Shown: positions 18,194 through 27,232, numbered from the stretch's first letter. The stretch is DNA of 32,743 nt from Faecousia sp. (GCA_045611745.1 JAZKXS010000018.1:1-32743); one strand, 5' to 3'. Program-made: numbers and translations. The notes: generated from the letters alone by a model not told the origin.

Positions 18194-18565
18194 TCAGTAT
18201 GCCACCGGATAGCGAAGCTGCTGCAATTCTACCGCAAGCTGGGATTCGATGATCGGCTTTGTCAAGTAGCCGCTGGGTCGCAATTTCAAAACTTCTTTTG
18301 CGTGCTCCTGCTCTGAGCAAACAGTCACAAAAATGATGTTCACAAAAGGGTTTATGTTGCGGATCTGCTTGGCCAGAGTAATCCCTCCGTGATTATATAA
18401 TTCTATCTCACAAATAAGTACATCACAGCCATAAGATTGGGCATAGGATAAAGCGTCCTTTGCCGCAGTAAATGTTAAAATCGTGGCCTCTGGATATATC
18501 TGTTTTACACTGCTTTTTAAGCCTTTAACGATCACCGGATGATCGTCTACGCAAAGAATTGTCAT
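18194..18565 (-). CDS. Stand-alone receiver domain with Glu at the phosphoacceptor position
   Basis: ATG18565 with RBS AAGGAG; ILCVDDHP, DVLICEIEL, FVTV, YLTKP. Confidence 0.8.
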   Translation of the reverse strand: MTILCVDDHPVIVKGLKSSVKQIYPEATILTFTAAKDALSYAQSYGCDVLICEIELYNHGGITLAKQIRNINPFVNIIFVTVCSEQEHAKEVLKLRPSGYLTKPIIESQLAVELQQLRYPVAY

Positions 18566-18631
18566 AGTCTGCACAAACTCCTTTTTTGGAAAATTACAAA
18601 CAACATCCCACATTAGATAATTACATACCAA

Positions 18632-18666
18632 ATTTTAGCACAAAGGATATGACAAACCTATGACAA
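18632..18666 (-). promoter_or_regulatory. Operon promoter: extended -10 with tandem activator boxes
   Basis: Minus strand TTGTCATA-GGT-TTGTCATA (11-bp period) ending 10 bp upstream of TAAAAT (preceded by TGn); no good -35. Confidence 0.6.
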
Positions 18667-18667
18667 G

Positions 18668-18694
18668 GCGTAGCCAGGCATCGCCTGACTGCGC
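18668..18694 (-). terminator. Possible terminator hairpin after response regulator
   Basis: GCGCAGTCAGGC-GAT-GCCTGGCTACGC; weak U tail. Confidence 0.35.
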
Positions 18695-18706
18695 AAGAAA
18701 ATGAAA

Positions 18707-19477
18707 TTATTTTTGCAGCATACCGCAAGTGTCTTCCGCCCAACTGTACTGGGTCATATATTCACCGTAAAAGGCAGGGGATCCATACTGCAAGTAGCTG
18801 TGGTAATCGCAACTAATCTGGGAAGGATCGATCCGGTATTGATACCCATCCTGGCAAAGCACACTGCCTGCTCCTACTGCATCCAGAGTGTTGCGGAGAT
18901 CCTGCATCAGATGGCGGAAGTAGTCCATATTTTTGGTATCGTTTGAATCCTCCGGCCACAATACGGCACAGATTTGTTTCCCGGTCATTCCTGATCCGTT
19001 GCGGTCAACCAGAACAGCCAGCAATTCCTTGGCTTTTGTGCGCTTAAAGGTCAGCGTTCGGCCGTTACACAACACCTCGAAGGAACCAAAACATTTCACT
19101 GTCAGTTTTTTGTCATTCATCGGTTGTCTCTTAATGTGATCCAGTTCCTTTTGTACCGCTTGGGCGGTTATAGGCTTAATTAAATAACCGGAGCAGCGCA
19201 GGTGGATCGCATCAAGCGCATATTGATCATAGCCGGTACAAAAAACGATTTTACAGGACGGCTGCAGTTGACTGATTTTTTCTGCCAATGCAAGACCTCC
19301 CATACCACGCATACTGATATCCAGGAAAGCTACATCAGCGGCATTGCTTTCCATCCATTCCAGGGCAGAAGAACAAGAACTGAAGGTAGATAGCTGACGG
19401 ATGTCCGGCGATGCTTTCACCGCCTCAGCAAGCGCCTGCAGCATAGGGTGCTCGTCATCTACTGCAATTGCGATCAT
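18707..19477 (-). CDS. Response regulator, receiver + SARP/OmpR-like winged-helix output
   Basis: ATG19477; IAVDDE, AFLDISM, FCTG, LIKP; VKCFGSFEV..KAKELLAVL..ICAVLWPE output motif. Confidence 0.85.
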   Translation of the reverse strand: MIAIAVDDEHPMLQALAEAVKASPDIRQLSTFSSCSSALEWMESNAADVAFLDISMRGMGGLALAEKISQLQPSCKIVFCTGYDQYALDAIHLRCSGYLIKPITAQAVQKELDHIKRQPMNDKKLTVKCFGSFEVLCNGRTLTFKRTKAKELLAVLVDRNGSGMTGKQICAVLWPEDSNDTKNMDYFRHLMQDLRNTLDAVGAGSVLCQDGYQYRIDPSQISCDYHSYLQYGSPAFYGEYMTQYSWAEDTCGMLQK

Positions 19478-21323
19478 ATCCTTTTCCCTCCTTCGGAATC
19501 CGGATCTGCACACGCGTGCCTATTCCGGGCTGACTTTCTATGGTCAGACTGCCACCGCACATAGCCTGTAACCGCTCACGCACATTACGAAGGCCAATGT
19601 GTTTTTTTGTATCTGTCAAACCGGATACATCAAACCCAACTCCGTCATCCGACACGCAAATGCAATAATCTGTTTGCTCCTCGTATGCGGAAATTGTTAC
19701 CGTTCCGCCTTCCTCCAGACCCATAAGGCCGTGCTTAATGGCATTTTCCACCAGAGGCTGCACGGTGAGTGCCGGCAGTAAAAATTCGTCTGTCTGAATA
19801 TCATAATGTACTGTCATATCCGGGAATCGTATCAATTCGATTTCGGTATAGCAGCGTATGTGCTCCAACTCCTTGGCAAAGCGGATGGGCACGGTGTTAT
19901 CCAGCTCGCTGAAGTTGCCACGCAAATAGATACTGAAGTTTTGAACCAGCCGGGAAGCCTGCTCCGGATCCTCTTTGCAAAGCTGTTGGATTGTGCCTAG
20001 CGTATTGTATATAAAATGGGGCTGAATCTGGCTGATCATAATAGCAATGCGATTTTCCTGCAGCTGGGCCCGGATTATCTTTTGCTCTGCCTCCATCTCC
20101 TTCGCCTTTCTGGCAGCATTGATGTTGCGGGGAATGATTTGCCAGACCAGAACGATTGCAATGGCAAACAATCCCAGGAAAATATAACGGCAGATTAATC
20201 CGCCTTGCCACCACCCCAAAGCTGTTCCCAGAAAATCTGCTTCAATGCCTAAGAGCAAGATCCCTGCGCCAATATTTCTGAGCTTTCTTAAGAACTTGGC
20301 TTCCAGGGAATCCAGCACCAGCGCTACCAAAAGAACCATATTGGCGACACTCTGGGTTACTGCCCACCAGCGCCATGTATCATAAAAACGGATATTGGTC
20401 GTAAGACAAAGCACAGCCATTACCATACAGGATGCCCCTGCAAATACAGCAGCACCGATACCGGCCTTTTTTAGCTTGGGTCCAAGTACGGAGGCGATTA
20501 GTGCGCAGACACACAGCATATACAGCATCATACAAATGCCCAAAATGGTAGTGTTGCCAATAACAGAATCACTCCAGAAGAACACACCTTTTGCTCCATA
20601 CGCAAAATAACCGCCGGCAAACAAGATGGACATGCCGATAAGTCCGATTTCGCTACTTCCACCTGTATGGAGCAGTGCAGAGAACAGAGCTGTGCCCAGC
20701 AGCACAAATGCGACGATTATAAATCCCAGGCCGGCATTTCTCTCCAAGACCCCCTGGTTCATAAAATCTTTCTCATAGGACAGACCGCCATACACCGACA
20801 GTTCTTCCAGAAACATATCGATAGCTCTATCATTGCCGAAGGCGTGGGGATTGTGGAAGCTCAGAGTGATTGGCTGGTCGGTCAGCAATTCGTAGCCGAT
20901 GCTAAGCTCACCGCACATACCGTCACCGGCATAGGAGGACTCAATATCCATAGTGTGAGGCGCCTGCCCTTTCTCCTCCACAGTCAGCTGGATGTGATTT
21001 AAGTAAAAGGCCAGGAGCACACCTTCACCTGCGACACCGATATACTCTCCATCGGGAGCGACCATATGAAATTGCCCTCGCAGCGTCACATCTCCCTTGG
21101 TAGCAGGAATATGCTGCCCGGCTTTGACCGTACACCAAGGTCCGTCTGCCAGCTTATACTCGCCGGAAAAGTAGACATCGGGATACAAAGCAGGAGAGGA
21201 CTGCTGGCTGTTTGTTATATTACCCCACAAAAGCAGCAACATAGCGGCCAAAACGGATATGATTCCAATAATGGCAAAGGGTATCTTTTTCCATGCCTTT
21301 TGCAGCTGCTTGTTTCCTTGCAT
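19455..21323 (-). CDS. LytS/YehU-type sensor histidine kinase with extracellular and multi-TM input
   Basis: SQIQPHFIYNTL, QPLVENAIKHG, DDGVGF, GLRNVRERL; one N-terminal TM then about seven TMs. Confidence 0.9.
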   Translation of the reverse strand: MQGNKQLQKAWKKIPFAIIGIISVLAAMLLLLWGNITNSQQSSPALYPDVYFSGEYKLADGPWCTVKAGQHIPATKGDVTLRGQFHMVAPDGEYIGVAGEGVLLAFYLNHIQLTVEEKGQAPHTMDIESSYAGDGMCGELSIGYELLTDQPITLSFHNPHAFGNDRAIDMFLEELSVYGGLSYEKDFMNQGVLERNAGLGFIIVAFVLLGTALFSALLHTGGSSEIGLIGMSILFAGGYFAYGAKGVFFWSDSVIGNTTILGICMMLYMLCVCALIASVLGPKLKKAGIGAAVFAGASCMVMAVLCLTTNIRFYDTWRWWAVTQSVANMVLLVALVLDSLEAKFLRKLRNIGAGILLLGIEADFLGTALGWWQGGLICRYIFLGLFAIAIVLVWQIIPRNINAARKAKEMEAEQKIIRAQLQENRIAIMISQIQPHFIYNTLGTIQQLCKEDPEQASRLVQNFSIYLRGNFSELDNTVPIRFAKELEHIRCYTEIELIRFPDMTVHYDIQTDEFLLPALTVQPLVENAIKHGLMGLEEGGTVTISAYEEQTDYCICVSDDGVGFDVSGLTDTKKHIGLRNVRERLQAMCGGSLTIESQPGIGTRVQIRIPKEGKGYDRNCSR

Positions 21324-21350
21324 TGCTTTGCTCCTTTGATGTTTTTACTC

Positions 21351-21359
21351 ATTATAGCA
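21351..21359 (-). promoter_or_regulatory. Extended -10 promoter for histidine kinase
   Basis: TGCTATAAT on minus strand upstream of RBS AAAGGAG. Confidence 0.5.
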
Positions 21360-21493
21360 TAATAAGTCAAGAAAATAAATTCTTTTTTCCGCATATTTTG
21401 TCCGATGTATGGCATCACACTTGGAAGCAAGTACAATCATACACATCCATTGACAAGTATAGTGGTTACCACCACATATCTACAATGCCAAAA

Positions 21494-21517
21494 TCCCGCC
21501 ATCGAGTGGGAATAATT
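21494..21517 (+). repeat. Right copy of direct repeat, putative att site
   Basis: TCCCG-CCATC-GAGTGGGAATAATT; reads P-A-I-E-W-E-stop versus GuaA ..PPATIEWE-stop. Confidence 0.65.
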
Positions 21518-21543
21518 AGGAAAACCCGAATATCATAAAAATG

Positions 21544-21577
21544 AAATGCTCTGCCGAATAAAAGCGGCAGAGCATTT
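21544..21577. terminator. Bidirectional terminator
   Basis: AAATGCTCTGCCG-loop-CGGCAGAGCATTT. Confidence 0.8.
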
Positions 21578-21666
21578 TAATTTGTTTGGGATTAACGCAA
21601 TGAGAATAGTAAATTGACGGCACTTGCCTGCAAATACCCAAAACACAGAGGATGTGTGCCGGAAAA

Positions 21667-22545
21667 TTACAATTCCTGCTTTCTGAGCTGCTTTACCAGC
21701 GCCTCCACAAAACCCCAGACGGGCGGCTCTAACCATTTGTCATACAAAATGCACATATAAAGGGCCTGATGCCAGTTTTTTACAGGACGGAAGGTGATAC
21801 CCGGACGGGGGAGTGCGCATTTTTCGGACATAACACAAATGCCTACGCCTTCTGCCACAAGAGATCGGGCAGCGCCGGCAGTGTTGACGGTGCACACGAT
21901 CTGCTCTTCCACAGGCGCGCCGCTTGCCCACTGACCAAAGCTGTTTTCCATATCATAATTAAAAACGATCTGAGGTTCCCGTGCCACTTGTTGAGGGGTA
22001 AGAATAGTTTCTGCGGAAAGTGGGTGTCCTTCCGGTAGAGCAACGCAGAAATTTACTTGTCCCAAACGGCGAAAGTGGAGACTCCGATCTCGGTTGGTGG
22101 TGTCCACGATGGCCATATCCAGCCGTTCTTCTCGAACAAGATCCATTAGCTCCTCTGCAGAACTTTCGGTAAGGCGGAAGCGGATGCGGTCATTTTGCCG
22201 GATATGAGAGAGGATCTCTTTGGCAACGATGCTGTCTAAAGTGCCGGATACAACGCCCAATCGAATGATGACCGGTGCGCTGGTGCGGCTGTCCCGAAGG
22301 GTGTTGGAGGCCTCGTTTAATTCATTTAAAGCGGCATCTACTTTTTCTTGATAGTAACGACCTTCTTCGGTCAGGCGAATGTTTCTGCCAACCTTTTCAA
22401 AAAGTCGTACGTCACCCAATTCTTCCTCCAAATGGTGGATGGCGCTGCTTAAGGAGGGCTGGGAAATACCCAGCCGGGCGGCAGCTAAAGTGTAGTGCTC
22501 CAGCTGCGCCAAAACGGAAAAATATCGCAGATAATTATAGTTCAT
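21667..22545 (-). CDS. LysR-family transcriptional regulator
   Basis: HYTLAAARLGISQPSLSSAIHHLEEELG..LFEKVGRNIRLTEEG HTH; 292 aa. Confidence 0.93.
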   Translation of the reverse strand: MNYNYLRYFSVLAQLEHYTLAAARLGISQPSLSSAIHHLEEELGDVRLFEKVGRNIRLTEEGRYYQEKVDAALNELNEASNTLRDSRTSAPVIIRLGVVSGTLDSIVAKEILSHIRQNDRIRFRLTESSAEELMDLVREERLDMAIVDTTNRDRSLHFRRLGQVNFCVALPEGHPLSAETILTPQQVAREPQIVFNYDMENSFGQWASGAPVEEQIVCTVNTAGAARSLVAEGVGICVMSEKCALPRPGITFRPVKNWHQALYMCILYDKWLEPPVWGFVEALVKQLRKQEL

Positions 22546-22563
22546 ACGGTCACCTCATAAATC

Positions 22564-22580
22564 TATAGATAAAAACTATA
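22564..22580. promoter_or_regulatory. LysR binding site TATAG-N7-CTATA
   Basis: TATAGATAAAAACTATA contains T-N11-A dyad, just upstream of lysR. Confidence 0.65.
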
Positions 22581-22683
22581 GATAAAATATCATAACTATA
22601 TTGTTTTTACAAGAGAAAGTTGTATAATGTGATCGTTGCGTGAAAAATTCCCAACAAATGAGGCCTTTCAGGGAAAAGAAGGA

Positions 22684-22712
22684 TTGCAAAGGACAGTAAG
22701 GTGTGTTACTAT
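22684..22712 (+). promoter_or_regulatory. sigma-A promoter
   Basis: TTGCAA-17 bp-TACTAT with TGn extension. Confidence 0.55.
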
Positions 22713-22744
22713 AAAAGATAGATATATACCGAAGGAGAACAGTC

Positions 22745-23689
22745 ATGGCATTTACTTATCTTGGCCTGAAAGCCAATTATCAAAGACATATCGTAACAGA
22801 CGCAGAAGTGGATCGCCACATTGAGCGACTTCAGCAGCAGTATCCGCGAATTGCGGTTATCAAGGATCGCCCAACTGAGAACGGTGACGAGATCGTGCTG
22901 GATTACGCAGGCTTCTGCAACGGCGAGCAGTTTGCAGGCGGCACTGCCGAGATGCAGACCTTGGTTTTGGGAAGCGGTATGTTTATCCCCGGCTTTGAGG
23001 AGCAGCTGCTGGACAAAGTTCCCGGCGAGGAAGTTACCGTGAAGGTCACTTTCCCTGCGCAGTATCATTCTGAGGCGCTGGCAGGCAAGGAAGCGGAATT
23101 TAAGTGCAAGATCCACGAGATTCGTGTAAAGACCCCTTATGAGCTGGACGATATCTTTGCAAAAGAGGTAGGGCAGTGCGATACCTTTGCCGAAATGCAG
23201 GCAAAGCTGAAGGAAAGCTTGCAAGCATATACCGATGAACGGGGCGAGATGGATCTGCAGGATCGGCTGCTGCGGATGGCGGCAGAAACATTGGATTACA
23301 CCCCTGATCCCGGTGAAGTTGAGGATGCGGTGCAGGAGCAGATGAACAATCTCCGGGCGCAGCTTTCCCATCAGGGTTTGACGCTGGATATGTATATGCA
23401 GTTTATGAACACTACCGAGGAGGCGCTCCGGGAAGAGGCAAAGCCGGCAGCTATTGCAGCGCTGCAAAGTGCGGCGGCCATTGACCGGATCGTACTGCTG
23501 GAGAATCTGACGGCCGAAAAGGAAGAAATTGCCCAAGCATTGGCTGGGGTTTGCCGCCAGAATGATATGACTATGGAGCAAATAAAGCCTTATTATGACG
23601 AGGAATTTGAAAAGGCACTGGTAAAAAGCGTACTGACCGGGAAGGCTATGCATCTCATTCGGGGTGCAGCAGTCATTACCGAGGTATAA
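22745..23689 (+). CDS. Trigger-factor paralogue (FKBP PPIase + C-terminal domain) lacking the ribosome-binding domain
   Basis: [52 protein letters not shown]; 314 aa; no GFRxGxxP; RBS AAGGAG. Confidence 0.85.
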   Translation: MAFTYLGLKANYQRHIVTDAEVDRHIERLQQQYPRIAVIKDRPTENGDEIVLDYAGFCNGEQFAGGTAEMQTLVLGSGMFIPGFEEQLLDKVPGEEVTVKVTFPAQYHSEALAGKEAEFKCKIHEIRVKTPYELDDIFAKEVGQCDTFAEMQAKLKESLQAYTDERGEMDLQDRLLRMAAETLDYTPDPGEVEDAVQEQMNNLRAQLSHQGLTLDMYMQFMNTTEEALREEAKPAAIAALQSAAAIDRIVLLENLTAEKEEIAQALAGVCRQNDMTMEQIKPYYDEEFEKALVKSVLTGKAMHLIRGAAVITEV

Positions 23690-23739
23690 AAAACATAAAT
23701 AATGTGTCAAAAGACACCGAAAACAAGGAGGAACATACT

Positions 23740-25551
23740 ATGGCAATCGTTTTTGACGAAAATGGCAAGTACGTGGACGAGAAGGGTCTTGTAAAACTGG
23801 ATCCCACCAAGTTCGCAGACTGGCAGATCGCAGAGGAAGCAGAAAAGACCCTTCCTTCTGTGGAATTCTTCCGGGAAAAGCTGGGCTTGCTCCCCGAGGA
23901 AATCATCCCCTACGGCAAGACCCCCAAGATCGACTTTATTAAGGTCATGAAGCGTTTGGCAGATAAGCCCGACGGCAAATTCATTGAAGTTACTGCGGTT
24001 ACTCCTACACCCTTCGGTGAAGGTAAGTCCACCGTTTCTCTGGGCCTGATCGAAGGTCTGGGCTATATTGGCAAGAATGCTGGTGGTGCTCTGCGTCAGC
24101 CCTCCGGCGGCCCCACTATGAACGTTAAGGGTACTGCAGCAGGTGGCGGTAACGCTCTGCTGATGCCTATGACTGAGTTCTCTCTGGGCCTGACCGGCGA
24201 TATCAACGATATTATGAATGCCCACAACCTGGCTATGGTTGCCCTGACTGCCCGTATGCAGCACGAGCGCAACAACACCGACGAGTGGCTGGAGAAGAAG
24301 GGTCTGCGTCGTCTGGACATCGACCCCAAGCGTGTAGAGATGGGCTGGATCATCGACTTCTGCGCACAGTCTCTTCGTAACATCATCATCGGCATCGGCG
24401 GCAGACTTGACGGCTTTATGATGGAATCTAAGTTCGGCATCGCTGTTGGCTCCGAGCTGATGGCTATTTTGGCTGTTGCTAAGGATCTGAAGGATCTGCG
24501 TGAGCGTATCGGCAAGATCGTTGTTGCTTACTCCAAGACCGGCGAGCCTGTTACTTGTGAAGATCTGGATGTTGCCGGCGCTATGGCAGCTTGGATGCGT
24601 AACGCTATCAACCCCACTATGTGCTACTCTGTTGAGCATCAGCCCGTGCTGATCCACGCTGGTCCCTTCGCAAACATTGCGATTGGTCAGTCCTCCGTTA
24701 TCGCTGACCGTCTGGCTCTGAAGCTGTTTGACTACCACGTAACCGAGTCCGGCTTCGCAGCTGACATCGGCTTTGAGAAGTTCTGGAACGTTAAGACTCG
24801 TCTTTCCGGCCTGACCCCCAACGTTTCCGTTCTGGTTGCTACTGTTCGTTCCCTGAAGATGCACGGCGGCGGCCCCAAGGTTACCCCTGGCGCACCCCTG
24901 CCCAAGGAGTACAAGGAGGAGAACCTGGAGCTGTTGGAGAAGGGTACTTGCAACCTGTTCCACCACGTCAACACCATCAAGAAGTCCGGCATCAACCCCG
25001 TTGTATGTATCAACCGCTTCTACACCGATACCGATGCAGAAATCGCTCTGCTCAAGAAGCTGTGTGCTGAGCGTGGCGTACGTTGCGCTGAGTCTAACCA
25101 CTGGCGTTACGGCGGCGAAGGCGCAGCCGAGCTGGCTCGTGTGGTCGTTGAGGCTTGTGAGGATCCCGTAGAGGTCAAGTTCCTGTACGATCTGGAGATG
25201 CCTCTGCGTCAGCGCGTTGAGCTGATTGCTAAGGAAGTTTACGGCGCTGACGGTGTTACTTGGCTGCCTCTGGCTGTCGAGAAGGCTGAGCGCTTCGAGA
25301 AGGATCCCAAGTACGCAGATTACTGCACCATGATGGTTAAGACCCACCTGTCCCTCTCCGACGATCCCACCAAGAAGGGCGTTCCTACCGGCTGGAAGCT
25401 GACTGTCCGTGACATTCTGGAGTACGGCGGTGCTAAGTTCCTGTGCCCCATGGCAGGTACTATCTCCATGATGCCTGGTACTGCTGCTGACCCTGCATAT
25501 CGTCGCGTCGACATCGACACCGAAACCGGCAAGGTTTCCGGCTTGTTCTAA
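23740..25551 (+). CDS. fhs: Formate--tetrahydrofolate ligase
   Basis: [44 protein letters not shown]; ATG23740 with RBS AAGGAGG; strong codon bias. Confidence 0.96.
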   Translation: MAIVFDENGKYVDEKGLVKLDPTKFADWQIAEEAEKTLPSVEFFREKLGLLPEEIIPYGKTPKIDFIKVMKRLADKPDGKFIEVTAVTPTPFGEGKSTVSLGLIEGLGYIGKNAGGALRQPSGGPTMNVKGTAAGGGNALLMPMTEFSLGLTGDINDIMNAHNLAMVALTARMQHERNNTDEWLEKKGLRRLDIDPKRVEMGWIIDFCAQSLRNIIIGIGGRLDGFMMESKFGIAVGSELMAILAVAKDLKDLRERIGKIVVAYSKTGEPVTCEDLDVAGAMAAWMRNAINPTMCYSVEHQPVLIHAGPFANIAIGQSSVIADRLALKLFDYHVTESGFAADIGFEKFWNVKTRLSGLTPNVSVLVATVRSLKMHGGGPKVTPGAPLPKEYKEENLELLEKGTCNLFHHVNTIKKSGINPVVCINRFYTDTDAEIALLKKLCAERGVRCAESNHWRYGGEGAAELARVVVEACEDPVEVKFLYDLEMPLRQRVELIAKEVYGADGVTWLPLAVEKAERFEKDPKYADYCTMMVKTHLSLSDDPTKKGVPTGWKLTVRDILEYGGAKFLCPMAGTISMMPGTAADPAYRRVDIDTETGKVSGLF

Positions 25552-25562
25552 TTACTTGCAAA

Positions 25563-25599
25563 CCAAAAAGCACAGGCGGGAAACCGCCTGTGCTTTTGG
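25563..25599 (+). terminator. Rho-independent terminator
   Basis: AAAAGCACAGGCGG-GAAA-CCGCCTGTGCTTTT. Confidence 0.85.
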
Positions 25600-25612
25600 A
25601 GAATTTATTAGT

Positions 25613-25690
25613 AATTGACAGTTGACAGTTGAGAGTTGAGAGTTAAGGTAGACCGTAATTTTCAATTATCAATTGTCAATTGTCAACTGA
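25613..25690. repeat. Inverted array of heptamer tandem repeats
   Basis: AATTGAC AGTTGAC AGTTGAG AGTTGAG AGTTAAG, 9-bp spacer, AATTTTC AATTATC AATTGTC AATTGTC AACTGA. Confidence 0.8.
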
Positions 25691-25716
25691 AATTTTGACG
25701 AAGGAGAAATTTCTTT

Positions 25717-26337
25717 ATGGATATGACAATGGAATCCTGCCGCAAGTTTGTGGAGGTTTTGGCATCAGATGCACCGGCTCCCGGTGGCGGTGGCGCAGCA
25801 GCTTTGGTTGGCGCGATCGGTACTGCGCTGGGCAATATGGTTGGTTCTTTGACTGTTGGCAAGAAGAAATACGCAGAGGTCGAGGCGGAAATCATTGCCC
25901 TGAAGGCAAAGTGCGATGCCCTGCAGACCGAGCTTCTGAACCAGGTAGAGGCTGACGAAATCAACTTCCTGCCTCTGGCCAAGGCTTACGGTATCCCCAA
26001 GGATGATCCTAACCGGGATAAGGTAATGGAGGAAGCTACCATTATTGCTTGCTCCACCCCTATGAAGATTATGGAATTGTGCTGCGAAGCCATCGGCTAC
26101 ATTAAGGTGTTTGCAGATAAGGGCAGCCGCCTGGCTGTTTCCGATGCCGGCTGCGGCGCTGTTTGCTGCAAGGCAGCTCTGCAGGCTGCGTCCCTCAATG
26201 TGTTTATTAACACCAAGACCCTTAAAAACCGTGAGGTTGCGGAAGAAATGAATGCCAAGGCGCTGTCTATGCTTGCTACCTACGGCGCAATGGCCGACGA
26301 AATTTTCAATACCGTCAAAGCTGGCTTTGGCGTGTAA
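25717..26337 (+). CDS. fchA: Methenyltetrahydrofolate cyclohydrolase (cyclodeaminase/cyclohydrolase family)
   Basis: LASDAPAPGGGGAAA, LAVSDAG, LNVFIN; lies between fhs and folD. Confidence 0.88.
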   Translation: MDMTMESCRKFVEVLASDAPAPGGGGAAALVGAIGTALGNMVGSLTVGKKKYAEVEAEIIALKAKCDALQTELLNQVEADEINFLPLAKAYGIPKDDPNRDKVMEEATIIACSTPMKIMELCCEAIGYIKVFADKGSRLAVSDAGCGAVCCKAALQAASLNVFINTKTLKNREVAEEMNAKALSMLATYGAMADEIFNTVKAGFGV

Positions 26338-26353
26338 TCAGGAGGAAAGAAAA

Positions 26354-27226
26354 ATGGCAAAGCAATTACTGGGCAAAGAAGTAAATGAAGCGCTGGTTGC
26401 GGCTCTGCAAACCCGTACCGCTGCTCTGAAAGAAAAGGGCGTTACCCCCACTTTGGGCATTGTTCGTTTGGGCGAGAATCCTTCTGACCTTAGCTATGAA
26501 AAGGGCGCTACCAAGCGTGCAGAGGAAGTAGGCGTCGCTATTAAGAACTACATTCTGCCTGAAGAAACCACCAAAGAAGAACTGCTGGCTGTGATCGACG
26601 GCATTAATGCCGATGATTCCGTTCACGGTGTACTTATGTTCCGTCCTCTGCCCAAGCACTTAAAAAATGATCAGGACGAGATCTGCAACCGCTTGGATCC
26701 CAAGAAGGACGTGGACTCTATGACCCATATGTCTAACGCTGGCGTATTTGAAGGTCAGGACCTGGGCTATGCACCCTGCACCCCTGCTGCTTGTATGGAA
26801 ATCTTGGATCACTACGGAATCGATTGCAAGGGCAAAAATGCCGTTGTTATCGGCCGCAGCCTGGTTGTTGGTAAGCCTGCTGCTATGATGCTGATGGGCA
26901 AAAACGCCACCGTCACCGTCTGCCATACCAGAACTGTCAATACCGCAGAAATTTGCCGCAATGCAGATATTATTATCTCTGCTGCCGGCGTGCTGGGTAG
27001 CTTGACAAAGGACTTTGTCCGGGAAGGTCAGATCGTTATTGACGTTTCTATGAACTGGAATCCCGAGAAGATCACTTCCAAGGGTAAGGGCGGTATGTCC
27101 GGTGACTGCGTATTCGACGAGGTCGAGCCCATCGTAGGCGAAATTACTCCTGTTCCCGGTGGTGTCGGTGCGGTTACCACCAGTGTGCTGATGAAGCACG
27201 TAGTCGAGGCTGCTGAAAAGATCTAA
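26354..27226 (+). CDS. folD: Methylenetetrahydrofolate dehydrogenase (FolD family)
   Basis: KDVD, PCTP, VVIGRSLVVGKP, TPVPGGVG; ATG26354 with RBS GGAGG. Confidence 0.93.
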   Translation: MAKQLLGKEVNEALVAALQTRTAALKEKGVTPTLGIVRLGENPSDLSYEKGATKRAEEVGVAIKNYILPEETTKEELLAVIDGINADDSVHGVLMFRPLPKHLKNDQDEICNRLDPKKDVDSMTHMSNAGVFEGQDLGYAPCTPAACMEILDHYGIDCKGKNAVVIGRSLVVGKPAAMMLMGKNATVTVCHTRTVNTAEICRNADIIISAAGVLGSLTKDFVREGQIVIDVSMNWNPEKITSKGKGGMSGDCVFDEVEPIVGEITPVPGGVGAVTTSVLMKHVVEAAEKI

Positions 27227-27232
27227 AATAAA

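Larger units (their letters stand above)
86..21517. mobile_element. Putative guaA-type genomic island segment lacking its own integrase
   Basis: Flanking direct repeats; accessory cargo inside, housekeeping genes to the right. Confidence 0.5.

Noticed and set aside
21600-21665. Weak CGGCAC..GTGCCG pairing as riboswitch/ncRNA
   Set aside because: Lies at the 3' end of lysR; no recognisable THF or ZTP riboswitch consensus
25613-25690. CRISPR array
   Set aside because: 7-bp units without spacers; no cas genes
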